A stretch of DNA of 55,238 nucleotides, filler included, from Sphacelaria rigidula (taxonomy: Eukaryota): NCBI GenBank assembly GCA_964200075.2. It is 5 parts of 5 records of this genome, joined end to end, with 100 filler letters (N's around TTAATTAATTAA, not from the genome) between each part and the next. Parts side by side here need not be neighbours in the genome. Positions count along the whole stretch, not along the records: positions 11,071 to 22,038 come from CAXNAA020005611.1; positions 22,139 to 33,105 come from CAXNAA020005612.1; 3 more parts are not named here. The stretch is one strand, 5' to 3'. Shown piece after piece: positions 12,300 through 25,300 of the stretch. Position numbers and translations under genes: made by a program. How positions within the stretch are numbered: position 1 is the first letter of the stretch; every line of letters starts with the position of its first letter. The notes beneath the pieces are model-generated. The model worked only from the letters and a program-made list of their open reading frames with translations, did not search any database and was not told the origin of the DNA.

Positions 12300-15200
12300 A
12301 GGTAATGAAGTGTCTGCACCAGTCGCCTCCATCCCGACCGACACATGCCACATCCACGGTTGAAAGTGGATCTCCCCTGACCCACTCCGAATGTGCAGCA
12401 CCGGTGGAAAATGTTAGGGACATTGCCGAGGGTCACACCGGCGAACGAGTCAAACCGCAATAGTGGCTGAGCCCCCGTTCCTACGGAGAAGATACAGCGA
12501 CTGTGCTGTTCAGTGCGCCGGAGGCGTCCTTCGCGTCCAGTGATGGCGCATCCGTAGAAAAACAGTGGTTGGAGGGGTGCGATGACCATCCGAGTGCAGA
12601 AGGCAATAACATCAAATTTCGATCGGCCGAGGACGGCGCGACTCGTGAAGTCTACATCACCTCGGCCTCAGAAAACAATGTACGGGAGGTGTTACCACGG
12701 AATCCGCCGATAGTACCTCTCAAGGAAGTGGGTAACACCCTCCGTGAAATCGGGAAAGCTGCCGGTGGTAGAGCCCCGGAGGTACAAATTCAACTCCATC
12801 GGCCAGGGCCAAGAAAAGACGTACACCGCCCAAACCCGGCAGGGGCACACCACCACATGCTGACGTACGTGCATCGAGGCGGAAGAGAACCGCGGCGAAT
12901 AAGCCGGAGGCTGACAGGGTATGGGGAGCGTGGCATGAACAACAGCAGGCGGTGTTGCAGCGCAGAAACGGCGTAAGGGGGGATCAGCTGCTGGCAATAC
13001 AATCTCCCGAGGAAGAGCCGATGTCCGTATCCCCATACAACTCAAGACGGGGTCCTACTCGGGGCTCACCGGGGGAGGTTTCCACGCCGTCGGGACACCG
13101 TAACAAGCGACCAAGCTCACCATATACCTCGCGACCAACTCGTGCAGGCGCGCCGGCGTTAAAATCGAAGCGGAAAAACAAGAAGGCTACATATGCTGCC
13201 GCCACTGGGGTCGACCAATGCAGAGTTGAAGGTGTCGGCAGCTCATCTTGCGCGGGTTCGGAGCAAGAGCAGGTAGCGCCGGCGCCTACGAACGGGGCTG
13301 CTAGAGAGCTCATGAAGCATCCCGACCGCGGGGCAACACCTCCCGATACTGATCGTGGTGAACATCGCGCGCGCGGTGAAAGAGGGAGATTGACGACGCG
13401 ACGCAGTAGTTCTCAAGGTATCTCTGGGAAATCATGGTAGCTGTAGGGGGGTGCGTGCTGCGCCGGCAGGGCCTACCCCGGTTAGTGGAATGAGGAGGGG
13501 GAAAGGACGTAAGCCGGTTTGCAATCGTGATGTGTGTGGCGTGCAGTTCCCCGTCTTCGACGACGAATGCAACACGTGCTCTTCTTGTGGTCAGGTACAC
13601 GACCCAGCATCGCGACTGTGCTTCGCCTGCCATCGACCAGGGCCCGGGGAAGGCAATATCTGGCGTCATCTTGGCGCGGCGCGAATCACGGAGGCTCGGC
13701 AATTTCTGGAGTCGTGTGCGGATGATGACGGTGTACGCCCGGCTACGCTTGTGAAAAACTATCAACCGAGTTCAGATTTCTTGTGCACCCGGCATGATTG
13801 TTTGTGTCGCTCCATCGATCGACATAGAATAACGAGTACTAGACGGAAGGCAAATTCCCTCCCTCCGGTTAGCTGCACACCCGTGACTGTCGGTCTAACA
13901 CCCCCCCCTACCCCTGCCGAGCCGGGCTTTGTTGCAGAAGTACGTCAAAAAGTGATTGCGACCGTTGAGGAGGGGCGTTTAGTGGGCGTGGAGGATGTTC
14001 AATCCTGGCTGATCGAAGCCAGAACCGCAGTGAACGCCCGGGCTGTTCTAGACAAGCGCACCAGGGAGCAAGCGCTGAGAATTGTCGATGCAGTGGCCGC
14101 GGACGGCGCAGTCGACGCCAAGCTTGAGAAGAGAAGCGGCGTTGATGCGGCTGTATGCGATGGGCGACGCAAGTTCATCTATCTCGTTCCTTCGGTGGTG
14201 GCGCCCGAGGTAGCCATTGCGGCCGACGTTCAACTTCGCAACATGCGTACGAGGGTACGAAAGTTGGAGCGTTCTGTCTCCCGTCTCACCGCCGAGATCA
14301 AGACTGGTCAGCCTGTTGGACATGCACTCCAGCGGGTGGCAGCTGCCGGTTCGGAGGAGGATAAACGGGCCGTGGTCATAGCGGCTGGGTCTATCGTCAG
14401 GGTGTACATCGAAAGTGCACACGAACTGAGGAACGTATCGGGGAATAGGGACCAGAAATACGCCGCCGGCATATCGAGGAATAATATACCCATGAATCAA
14501 TTTCTAACGGATGAAACGCCGCCAGCACTGTTGGCATTGCTGAGCAGTCTGTGCCATTTGCAAGTGTCGAATGATGATCCGGACTTGCTTTTTCCGATAG
14601 TGGATGAAGCAAGGAGCGGTAGGCGAGGGGATTCTGTTCACGCGCCTCGCACCGCTGGGGCGGATGATGTCGACATGTCGGCGGCGCGGGATGGCGGGGC
14701 GGGTTTGATAGGCACCGCAGGCGGGTCTGGTGGTGGAACGGCGCAACAGGAACACGGGGGTGCAGCTCAAGGGGGATCGGCGATGTTCCGCGCCAGCGCA
14801 AGAACACACGGATCTACCCCGCGGGAAAAGGCGCTGCGCAAGAAGATGAGGAAGAGGAAGAGGCGGATTGGGAGACTGTACATGCTCGTGCAAAACCTCG
14901 TCAAAACTGTTTTAGGCCGAGGTTTTCGAGCAATGCACGACTTCCATCTGGCGCAGGTGTTGAAAACGCACGGCACATCCGTGGCTGTCATCGGCTACGT
15001 AGCCGCCCATGGATTCTGCATGACAGAGTCGATGCGGTACAAGCGGGAACAGTTCTACGTGAAGTGGAGGATGGACAGACATGACATGGCCCTCGCATTA
15101 CGGGTCGCTGCGATTCCTTGGGACGACTGCGATTTTCGGCCGACGACGAGTGTCACGGGGGGCGGGGCACATGTAAGTACTATAGCGGCCACCTGCGTGG

Positions 15201-16500
15201 CCGTGGCGACTCTGCCTGGGCATCTATCGCTCATGCACGCGCACCGCCGGCAAGGTGGTCTGGTCGCCGCGGACATCACGACGGGACTCTCCTGGCACAG
15301 GGACGGTGAGCAATGGGAGCGTTTCCTCTCCGTATTCGACGATGCAGCATTCCGTTGCGCGGTGGCGAGGATCGCAGGTGAAGGTGGCCACATCGAAACT
15401 TGCTTGGAGATCGAACTCAGACAGGTGGACAGAGTCGGCAATTTTTGGGTGCTCAGTAATTGGTCGGGATATTAGTGTCGAAAGATGGCGAGATCACGCC
15501 CCTGTGCGTGGGGCGCAGTATTGCGTCTGGCATGATAATATTTAGATCTTGGAGCTGAGCTCGCATCAACATCAGGCTGTTTGCACTTGAGCCAGGGTTA
15601 GGGTTAGGTGATGACATAATTCTGCGCGGACGTCGCGCACGGGTAATCCAAGTGTATTTGCTCGTACCTAGTAGGTTGGCAAGATGCGGATTCGAAAGCT
15701 CTAGAGATGCCGTTGCTGCGTTTCCTACCCGGTACTGAGACTGCATCGTAAACAATTCACGAGCAAGAGATTAGGAGAAGAAGAGTCTGTGGAAAAATGT
15801 CAGGGAATGCACGAGTGCTTCTCCTATTCCTGATGCAAGATTAAATGTCGCGCGCAGCGGGAGGTATTCCATGGTGCGACGTGCGCACCTCGCAGAGTGG
15901 CATGGATTGAAGGTGTGAGGGTGGACAAATGCCTAACGGAGTGTATACCCTACATGATCCGCGCTCGTGTGCTCTCATCCTCGACTCCCCCCACCAGGCG
16001 ATACCTATGAGGCAGAGGGAGCCGCAGGTGTTCAAGTACCTCTTCATGCAACTGGTGCCACCCCCTGACCCAGCGGCCGACGCTACTGCTACAGGTGATT
16101 CCGCCGGAGGAAATGTCGATACGCCTCGCCGGCGTCGTAAGGGGAGGGGTGGATCCACGGCGAACCGTGGAAGGGGCGGGCCAGCGGCGTTGCGTGGCGG
16201 GGGGCAGGGGAATGGAGCGAGGAAGGCCCCGGGGGCAGGTGTTCATAGTAGTCGTGGTGAGGAGTGCTGCCGACGAGATAGCAAGAGGATGGCGACGGTA
16301 GCGGGAGGGAAATCGGACCCGGGACCAGATCCTACCAGTCGTAGTTGTTGCGACGGCGGTCTAGATGGTCCGCCAGAGGGCGGATCGAAGCATTCAGCCG
16401 GGATCTGACTTGGAGATTCAGACTTCGGGTGTAGCGACTCAGAGGAGGAGAATTCGGCATCGGAAGTGGGCAAAGACTACGACGACGAATTCGCGTTGTG
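12300..16500 (+). pseudogene. Disrupted large putative DNA-transposon transposase (Cys-rich N-terminus plus DUF6589-like core)
   Basis: Consecutive frameshifted ORFs 12503-12976, 12952-13440, 13451-15475 (674 aa) and 15929-16408, followed by an acidic tail. There is a Cys cluster CNRDVC..CSSC..CFAC..CTRHDCLC and a coiled coil. The motif LAQVLKTHGTSVAVIGYVAAHGFCMT...WDDCDFRPTTSVTGGGAHVSTIAAT resembles the Lxx(H)GxxxxxIxxLxxxGxxxS...(W/Y)DNxD...G...H.t pattern of DUF6589-type elements (recalled, not searched). Later catalytic motifs were not seen. Confidence 0.55.
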
Positions 16501-17586
16501 ATTGCACCTTTATCGAAAGTCGTAGACATGTTTCTTGCAGATGAGTTGCGTAGGTATAAAAATAACCGTGGGGGTTATCTTCAGCGGACGGAAGTTATAA
16601 CCCGTGTGTAGGGTTGATGGGGACGTTGTAGAGTGCCTGATGCAGTGCGCCCTTGCGTGCAGACGTCCACGGCGGATCGTCCGGCGACACCCATGGGCGA
16701 ATCGCCGGTTGTATCTCAAGATAATGCGTGATACTATAATAGTGGAACGAACGACTTATAAAGCGAAAATGATGATCAAGACGCGGTGTTGGAGAGAACC
16801 TTATGGAATACTGTGCAACACGACCACCACACGCGCGTGGACTGCAGTCGTGAGGCGGCGTTCATCACGCTCTGCACAGCGGGCGAACCGCTACGAATAT
16901 TCGGTGTGATGACAACCGATCTTGAGAATTAAGGACAACGGTTTTCATTGACGATGATAAGTCGGTTAATTACAAGCGTCATATATGTGGACCATTCTTT
17001 TTTTAGTATGCCTGCATTCCTTCACGTGCCGATAGCTATTACCAATTTCTGTATGTCATACAAGATTGAAAACCGATAACCGAATTGCTGGGGTCCGATG
17101 TGTATATGTTCTGTGGTCATGGTGGGGGAGGGGGGCGGGTACGTGATGAAGATGGAACACGTAATCCATCCTCCATGTCGCAGAACAGTGGCTCCAAGTG
17201 CTGCACGCTGGAGGAACATCAGATGATGTTTTCCGTCCCTAACCCTTCATTATTGCCCACCAAACTTCGGCCCCCATCACACCGCACAGTCGATGTGACT
17301 ACGTGTGCTTCGAAGCAAACCCTGAAGCAATTTCCGTGGTATCCCTCTTTTGTTTCCGACAGCTTACAGTATCACTGACGACACAAGGAATCGGCAGACC
17401 GTGAGTGTTTCTTTTTTTTCAATTTTTTTCATTTTTCTTCTTATATTTTTCTGACCACGAGCTGGAGTGTTGCAATCAGCTACGTAATGCGCGATCATCA
17501 TCTGCTTTTGTTGCTCGTGCTTGTGTTCGTGTTTGTGTTCGTGTATGTGTTTGTTCGTCGTCATTTTGTTGTTGTTCTTGTTGCTT

Positions 17587-17659
17587 GGTGGTGGTGGTGG
17601 TGGTGATGGTGGTGGTGGTGATGATGGTGGTGGTGGTGGTGGTGGTGGTGGTGGTGGTG
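17587..17659. repeat. (GGT)n microsatellite
   Basis: About 24 GGT/GAT units. Confidence 0.95.
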
Positions 17660-17780
17660 TTTTATTGTTATCGCTGCCCCCTTTCTTTCCTTTCTGAGGT
17701 CGTTGTACCTGTCTTCTTCTGGTCCTTTCTTATTTTATTTTTATTTTTCTGTGCTATTTTTGCTGCTCCTCACTATGGGC

Positions 17781-17831
17781 CGGATTGTAGCAACCAGCTA
17801 ATGTGAGATCATCAATCAATCAACCAATCAA
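17781..17831 (+). mobile_element. Non-LTR retroposon 3' terminus with (ATCA)n tail
   Basis: cggattgtag...ca(a/c)cagct(a/g)atgtgagat followed by (atca)n. The same terminus occurs at 37424-37480. Confidence 0.6.
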
Positions 17832-20800
17832 GTGTGCGTTTACACCTTGCGCGGCGATCCCGTAGGCACGCTTCATGCGCCGCCCCAGCGACAATGACAA
17901 GCACATGTCTGGAACATCTTTCCCACTGGCGGGCAATATTAATTGCTGCATGTATGCTTGCGGGAGAAGACATTCCCTACGCTGTAAACCAAATGGACGC
18001 GGCGCAATTACTACCTGCTCAATGTCGATATCACATGGGAGCCGATGGTTTTTCACGCCACACCTCACATGTTATAACACCGCCACCGAGATGGCAATAT
18101 CTCGACGCACACGGCAGCTGTCGACGCAAATCGAATTGCTCTGTGTAGAAAAAACGCGTACCTACCAGTGCTCCACTTCTTGGCGGCCAACACTCTTGTC
18201 ACAAAAGTGGAAGTTGGGGTGAAGTGAAGATCATCTACTTCAGATATTGCACTATTTCGACTCTTAATTGAAGTCTGCCAGGGCTTGAACGACGGCTAGT
18301 GTCTAGTAGTACTTGCCTCTAGAGTTTTGACTCCGTGACGTCCGTCAGCGGTGAGTAATCTTCTGTCGCATGAAGGACGGATATATTGGAAAATGACTTT
18401 TTCGCTTGTACAAGAAAGCAGTATTTTTATTAGGGGTGTCCATCGCTGGTTTGTGAGCTGTATGGGGTGGAATCGAGCCGGACTGAAATGAGAAGGTAGA
18501 TTCAGATACATACTACAGCCTTGTATCGTTTTATTTGCTATGTAACCTTCTTTACACTTCTGAGACTCCGTCGCCTCTTCATTTTGGGGGTGGTGGTGAG
18601 GAACGTGACACATTCCCCCGGCGTAACACTGCGCCCCATGGCCCCACCCCACGCCCCCACACCTGCCCATGCGTACAAAACAGAGGTCTTCTGTTGGACT
18701 TGGATGATCAGCGAAGGACTGCTATACTTGCCTCAGCACTTTACAGCGCATCTTTTTTTCAACCTTCACAGCGGAGTACGTGCAGTAGTTTGCTCAGTGC
18801 ATCACATTACAGGCGAGGCGTTAGCAGCTGACAACTTTTCTTACCAAAGGATATGACTCTAGCTGCTAGAGTCATACCCCAGCTAGAGTCATACCCTTTG
18901 GTTCCTACCCGTTTCCCTGTTCCTACCGTCATTTTTCCAACCACCAGCCAGCTCTCTTTCTTTTTTTTTTCTAGTTCTTCCGCTGATCGGAGGAAACGCG
19001 ACCATCGTACTGCATCAAGGACACCAGGCATCGATTGCTACTGAAGGGTACTGCACTGTGGTGGACTGTCTGTAGAGTGGTGTACTTGCTGTAGTGTGCT
19101 GCGGTACAGATATCAGAGGGATGATGGGCAGCAGCAGCAGCAGCACCGGCGCCCATGGTGAGTGGAGCGTTTTCACTGAGGGTGGAAACGTCGGACAAAT
19201 ACTGTTGTATGCCTCGCTGTCCGGTTCATGTTACCATTATATACTCGTATACTCCACAGTGTGTGCTATTCTTGCCGATTGTTGTCCGTTAGCTCATGCA
19301 TAACAACACGCTCCGCCAACCGGTCATTCGGCCTTGATTTCCGTGGGAAGCGACACATCATATAATGTACTGCGAGACCCCGCTTGTCGAAATGTCTGGA
19401 TAAGGTACTGTCTGTATTCGAATCATCATAACTTTCGATGCCTCGACTACCGTTCCGTAGACTTCGATCAAATCGCGGTTGAAGCCCTGATCCGTAAAGA
19501 GTTGTTACCGGTCACCACTCACGACGCCACTGAACCGGGATATTTTCCCGTAGTTTCGAGCGCCAGACATCGGTTACGGACCAATCGAGAGACGACACAC
19601 TTTCCACCTGCTGCGGTATTTTGCGCACAGATGAATTGCGTTGTTTGGCAGGATGGGTTGCTGTCTTTGCTCGTCGTATGCTACAGCACGACACTGTACG
19701 CTGCTGCGCTGTACTGTTGTTGTTGCCTTGCACCGTTGTATTATCGCCCTGTTGGCTGTCGCAGTGACCTAGAACAAAGTGTGACGTGCCTGCCGAGGAT
19801 ATCAGCAAGCAAAGAGTAGCCTGAGACATGTCTGATTCGGTGTTGATCCGGAATCCGAACCGTTGGCGTTGGTCACGATGCGTTTGTTTGTGGTCGGCGA
19901 ACACTCGAGCCTATTCGTTGTTGTGATGAAAGTGATGCTTGGGGGTGTTGTGTACTTGTAGCGCAGTAAGCTTGTTACAGCCCTGCTACAGTACAATGTG
20001 CCGCAAGCTTCATGTCACGGGTGTACAACCGCCAGCTCTGTTTCACCGCGGTCATCACAACATGGCGGGCATATACGAAAATACCATACAACAGTAGTAG
20101 AGAAGACAAACCAGGTCTTTTCTTCTACTTCAACATGGCGGTCTTCCCTGCTGCATAACAGGTGTATACTGTACAATAATAACCAGCTCGCATTATTTTT
20201 TGTTTTTGAGTGGAACCCGAACGTGGTGGTCATACTAATAATATCCTTGTGTCACCTCTCATTTCCTCTTTTGTCTTTTGTTATGTTCTCTCTCCCTTTC
20301 TTTCGGTGTACATTTTTGGCAGATGTGCGGAAATAATAATACTAATACGAAAAATTACGAGCACGGTGCACAAATGGCGGTGGGTCCATGGGTACGGTCC
20401 GAATTTCATAACGTGAAAACTAATTTCAAGTAATTTAGTTTAAATTACTACCGGGCCCTCTACGTTTCATAACGCAAACTTGATTTTAGTATTGACTTCG
20501 TCACACTCGTGTTCACCGGCCTTCTGCCGCCCGCAGCCGCATCACAGGACCGTGGTGCGGAGAGATGGTATCCAGGACAACAACGACCTCGCAAGGAGTG
20601 CTTTGTCTTTCTGTATAGGGATTGATGCACCAAACATTGGCTATGAGCATCGTTGTGCCTGTGGCATGGTCGTGGTGGCCGGGGTTGGCGTTGCAGTCTC
20701 CATCTGCACTCCACTTGCTCCTCCTCCTGGACCTTCCACGCCTTTGGATACGGGCCGGGCATAAGATAAGACGGTGCTATCGTCGTCATTGTGCGTTGTT

Positions 20801-21117
20801 TCATGCTCCCGGACGGCACGACCCCGAGAAAAGGATTGTATCGGCATCAATGCTGCTGGCTCCCTATTGTTGGCCGTCGTGCTTTTGTTCTTGATAGCTC
20901 GTGTTGATCGGTGCTGTATAGACAGTACTCACGCGATGCCTACCGCCTCGCCAGGGTCGGTGCATCTTACGGTAAAGATACAGTAGGTGCTGCGCCAGAA
21001 ATTATTTAGAGATGCAATGGCGGAGACGACCAAGCACTATACACATCGAACATAGGACAGCTAACGTAAACAGGTATCTCTCTTGCGTGTGCGACTCCGT
21101 GTGCTAGAGCACCGCCC

Positions 21118-21203
21118 CCTTCCAAAGGTGTCCTGTAAGCTTGATTCATCATGGTGACAAGGTGCTTTTGAAAATATCAAAATATCATCGATATACTGTA
21201 CCG
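21118..21203 (-). mobile_element. Short Ty3/gypsy reverse transcriptase relic
   Basis: Translates as VQYIDDILIFSKAPCHH...LQDTFGR, matching the YxDD-ILIFS..H...L..F.R signature of gypsy RT. The flanks are unrecognisable. Confidence 0.55.
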
Positions 21204-21944
21204 TTCTGGGCTGTAGCCAGCTGGCGGAGGGAAATGAAGCCCACAACGGACCAGAGCATGAAAAGACACGAACAATTCCGCCTTGTTGACCTCTCTGCGG
21301 TATATGGGGCTTGAGTAGCGCACGTGTGTACACAACAACACAAAAATCCCGCGTTAAATCCGTTCGAGAATCATGGACAACAACGAAAAAATAGCTGATA
21401 TGAGTTTAATTATTTCATAACGACCCGTACCGATGAACTCGGTGCCGCACAGACTGGAAAACAACGGGTGACAACCACTCTGGAACGGAGGCCAAAGTTT
21501 ACGGTACATGCACCCGTTTGCAGCTGCTCGCAACAAGTGCTCAACCAAACGTGAGAGAGACGCACAACACACTGGCTCATCCCAAATATCTTGGTATGAA
21601 ACGTCATTTCCACAAACGACACATGAGGTGCCCCCGGACCTCCCCGCGGCGGCCGCTCAGCTTCACACAAGTTCACCGAACTAGCACTTATCCGTCGCAC
21701 AGAAACCGCGCACCCATCATTCAAGCAACGTCAATCTAGGATTATTCCAAGTTCGGTTGCTGCGCACTGTAAATGGATTTGGGTTGGGGTGAGGAATATA
21801 GGGTTGGCAGCCTCATCGATTGGTTATGACGGGTCACAATCAAACCCTATATTGTGACAGCTGGATTGAAGTCGACAACGATTCGCTTACCTTCCCCTTT
21901 GAAGGCGAAATAAATGACGGCCAAAATCTTGCCAGCCAAATCCG

Positions 21945-22038
21945 AGTTGATTGATTTTGAGTGATTGTCGCACTTTAACTGACCCCCAGGGGTCCAGCCG
22001 TGGTCTCAAGATAGACGTACCCAACAAAAACGAAACTG
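21945..22038 (-). mobile_element. Second copy of the 262-380 retroposon 3' end, cut by the contig end
   Basis: gttgattgattttgag...ccccaggggtccagccgtggtc...gacgtaccc...cgaaactg. Confidence 0.5.
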
Positions 22039-22138
22039 NNNNNNNNNNNNNNNNNNNNNNNNNNNNNNNNNNNNNNNNNNNNTTAATTAATTAANNNNNN
22101 NNNNNNNNNNNNNNNNNNNNNNNNNNNNNNNNNNNNNN
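22039..22138. other. Artificial contig linker
   Basis: 44 N + TTAATTAATTAA + 44 N. Confidence 0.98.
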
Positions 22139-22315
22139 GCGTGCTCCGTCCCGGCTTTGTAGGGATGCGAGGTCAATGGTCTTATGACTATGGCATGCAT
22201 GATCATGAGTACTTAGCCTCAAAGCCCCAATCGTTTTGAACATGTGCTATTTAGACGGGCGGGGGGTTAAGGTATACTGCATTCCGTGCAACAGCATCGT
22301 GGAAACGGCTCATAC

Positions 22316-25300
22316 CTCCTCGCACAAGCAGTGGGCGGTCCGAAAGTGGTTTTCCAAGTCCGAATAGTCGCGGTAGTACTGCAGCAACGAGACAAAAATA
22401 CATAAAACGAGGAGGGAGGATAGCTACTATGTGAGGAGGGCAAGTGAGGGACACGCGACTGGAGTAGCCCTGCGATGGAACTGCAACGAAAACAAAAAAA
22501 ACGTAAAAGATGACATGTGATGAACGACTATGAGTAGAGAGCATCAACAACATTGAAGAACATTGAATAGTAAGGAGGGGGGGGCGTACTCGTTGTTGCT
22601 TGCCTTAGTCGCTTGACCATTGATCACGCATACCTTTCGAGACGGAGCGGAGGAAGGGAAAAAAAAATAATAAGCGGTTTAATTCCGAGATAAATCAAAT
22701 AGGGGGGGGGAGGGGGGCTGATTGTCAAAAGTCGGATATCGACATACGAGTTGGAGAACTTTACTTGGCAATATAGGTATATCCTTGGCCAAATACCATT
22801 TCTAAGTGATGACTATTCAGCAATCTTTGGTACCATGTTGTCATCTACAGCGCTACATGGGGACACGCAGTATATCACCCTCCAAGTACCATCCCGGATT
22901 ACGACGTTTCGGCAACTTTTGGTGCCATGTTAATATTTACAGTACTGCATCGGAATACGTAGTATATCACCCCCTAAATGCGACGTCTGGAGGATGACTT
23001 TTCAAGTCTCGAGAGTCCACTATCCGAGGGTCGAATACACCGCCGTCTTCCGGTAACGCAACGGGCATACAATATACATGCAGTGACGAGCCCCATACCC
23101 GTCATGGTCTTGAGGGTTGTCTTACAATAAGGAAAAAACTACATTTTCGCTTCCATCTCACCCGAGGCGATGATGACGCAGTGAGTGAGCGAGATGGACA
23201 CGACTTTTGTGTCCTTTCATGATACCCGTGCGTAGTGCACTTACCTTCGGAGATCCGATCATTGACGGGGAGAGACTAGCGTACTGCCTCGTGCTGGCGA
23301 ATTTGTCAACATTTGCACACGTCGGACAGGTGATGAGCTATCTGGATACTACTTGTTATTAGAGTACTGATCCAGATCATGAGCTAACTCATTTGGCCAC
23401 TATTTCCGTATTAGCTCCCGACAGCGATAGGCCCCGAGCACGCCGTGTAGCGGGAAGGTAACGATTTGACTTCTCGGACACTGCTGTCACGTGTCTTTTG
23501 TGTTTTTGTACAATGTATCTGAGAGTTCCTCTCGATTTTTCATTTCAGGTAGCTCATGACCTGTCCGACGTGTACGATCTATTCAATTTTTCGAGTTGAG
23601 TATTGAGATCATACTCAAGTGATGTTCGATACTCGGGTATTACTGAGAGTGCTTACTCAGTATTTGAGTAGAGTATTTGAGATCGTACTCGATCTACTCA
23701 AAAATTTGAGTAGAGTATTTGAGGCCGTACTCGACCTACTCAAACTTCGAGTAGAGTATTGAGTCATACCCAAGTATGAAAATTTGTCATGGCCTTGATC
23801 TCTGTATCCCCTCCGATACTATTATGGAGCCCCAACAAGGACCTGTTACTAGTACTTGATTTTTGTATCGATACTGGTAGTTCTTCATGTGGCGATTGGG
23901 TAGGTCATTCGTGTTCGTTGTCTCCTTCTCTGCTTTACTTTTTGCCTCCGTTGTCGACTTTCTTCCGTAGCGAGTTTTCCCCGTCCATTCACCCTGTGTA
24001 CCTACAAGCATGCATCTATCTTGTCACCACTGCTATATTCGCAGCTGATGAGTTCATGCTGCTGTAGTTGACGTACCACACTCAATTGCTTCATCAATCC
24101 TTTCATCAACCATGTTTTCGTGAGATTGAGAGTCTAGGATACAATGGAGAGTGAGAAGTGGTCAATTAACGGCTGAAATAGTTTCAGTTCCGAGATGCCC
24201 CTCCGGGCCTTATACGAGGCCAAATACGCTTTCCGTAGTAGCTTGCCACTCAAGCCTTTGATACTCCTGAGTAGGATATCGACGTGTAGCTGTAAGCACA
24301 CAACAGCGCTAAAGGCAAAGGAAAGCACACTCAAAGTGTAAAATTGGTCAAATCAGACCGAACGATAAAACTCACCTTCAATCAACTCTCCATGTCACAA
24401 AAACATTGTTGAATGTCGAATTTCGACGCTCGCCAATGTGTTCGATTCAATCACGCCATCTTGCTCACCTTGGCTTGACGGACAAAAGCCACATACTAGC
24501 ACACATTAGCATAGAAGCTTTGTTTTCGGGATCATTTTCAAAGTCTTTCCCTTCCTCGGGACGAGTTTGTTCTGTATCGCGTCGAGAAATGCAGCCATCC
24601 CTCTATCCTGCGGCGCAACCCTTACATTTTGGCATCGCGGATTGGGTCATGACTATCAGCACTCACACACCACGTACACTCCCATCAGATACACGTTCTT
24701 GCTGCTCACATTCTCACGATTTTCAATGATGGAAACATATATTCCTCAGCAAAAAAACAACTTAAATCTACGGGGAATCGAACACGTATACTTTCAAACC
24801 AATTGATATCGACCTACACAAATTAGACTTAATGGTCGACGAGGGAGAGGGACTACCGAATCCCTCTCGCGATAAAAAATAAAGGCAAGCACAACAGAAG
24901 GAACGTGGAGATCTAAAGCAAACAAGAAAGGAAAAACTCCTGCGTTGGCCTTCCTCTCGTGTGACCCCGGCTGGTGCGCCCACATGCACCGAAAAGGTGG
25001 TGTAGGCGTCCAGAATAGATGGGACGACAACACACACAACACATTTGACATCAGACCAACGGGACGCGGCGGTGGGCATGTCAACCCCCCCCCCACACAC
25101 ACACGAAAAAAGCATACTCCTCCAAAATCAAGCAGATTGCTTTTTGCAAGATATCTCCTTCATCGGGTGGGTATTGTCAACATGAGCCCATGAGCCTGTC
25201 TTGTGGAAGGTGCCTCTGTCAAACCGTCTACTCGTAGTACAAACAAGTGTCTTTCGTAGTGCCGGGAGAAGAACCCGAATGGTTTGCAAGGGGAGAGCTC

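Noticed and set aside
15594-15608. (TTAGGG)-like telomeric motif
   Set aside because: Only about two units, internal to the contig, and expected by chance or within repeats.
17405-17806. Poly-Val hydrophobic ORF resembling a membrane protein
   Set aside because: It is a translation of the (GGT)n microsatellite and pyrimidine-rich retroposon 3' sequence.
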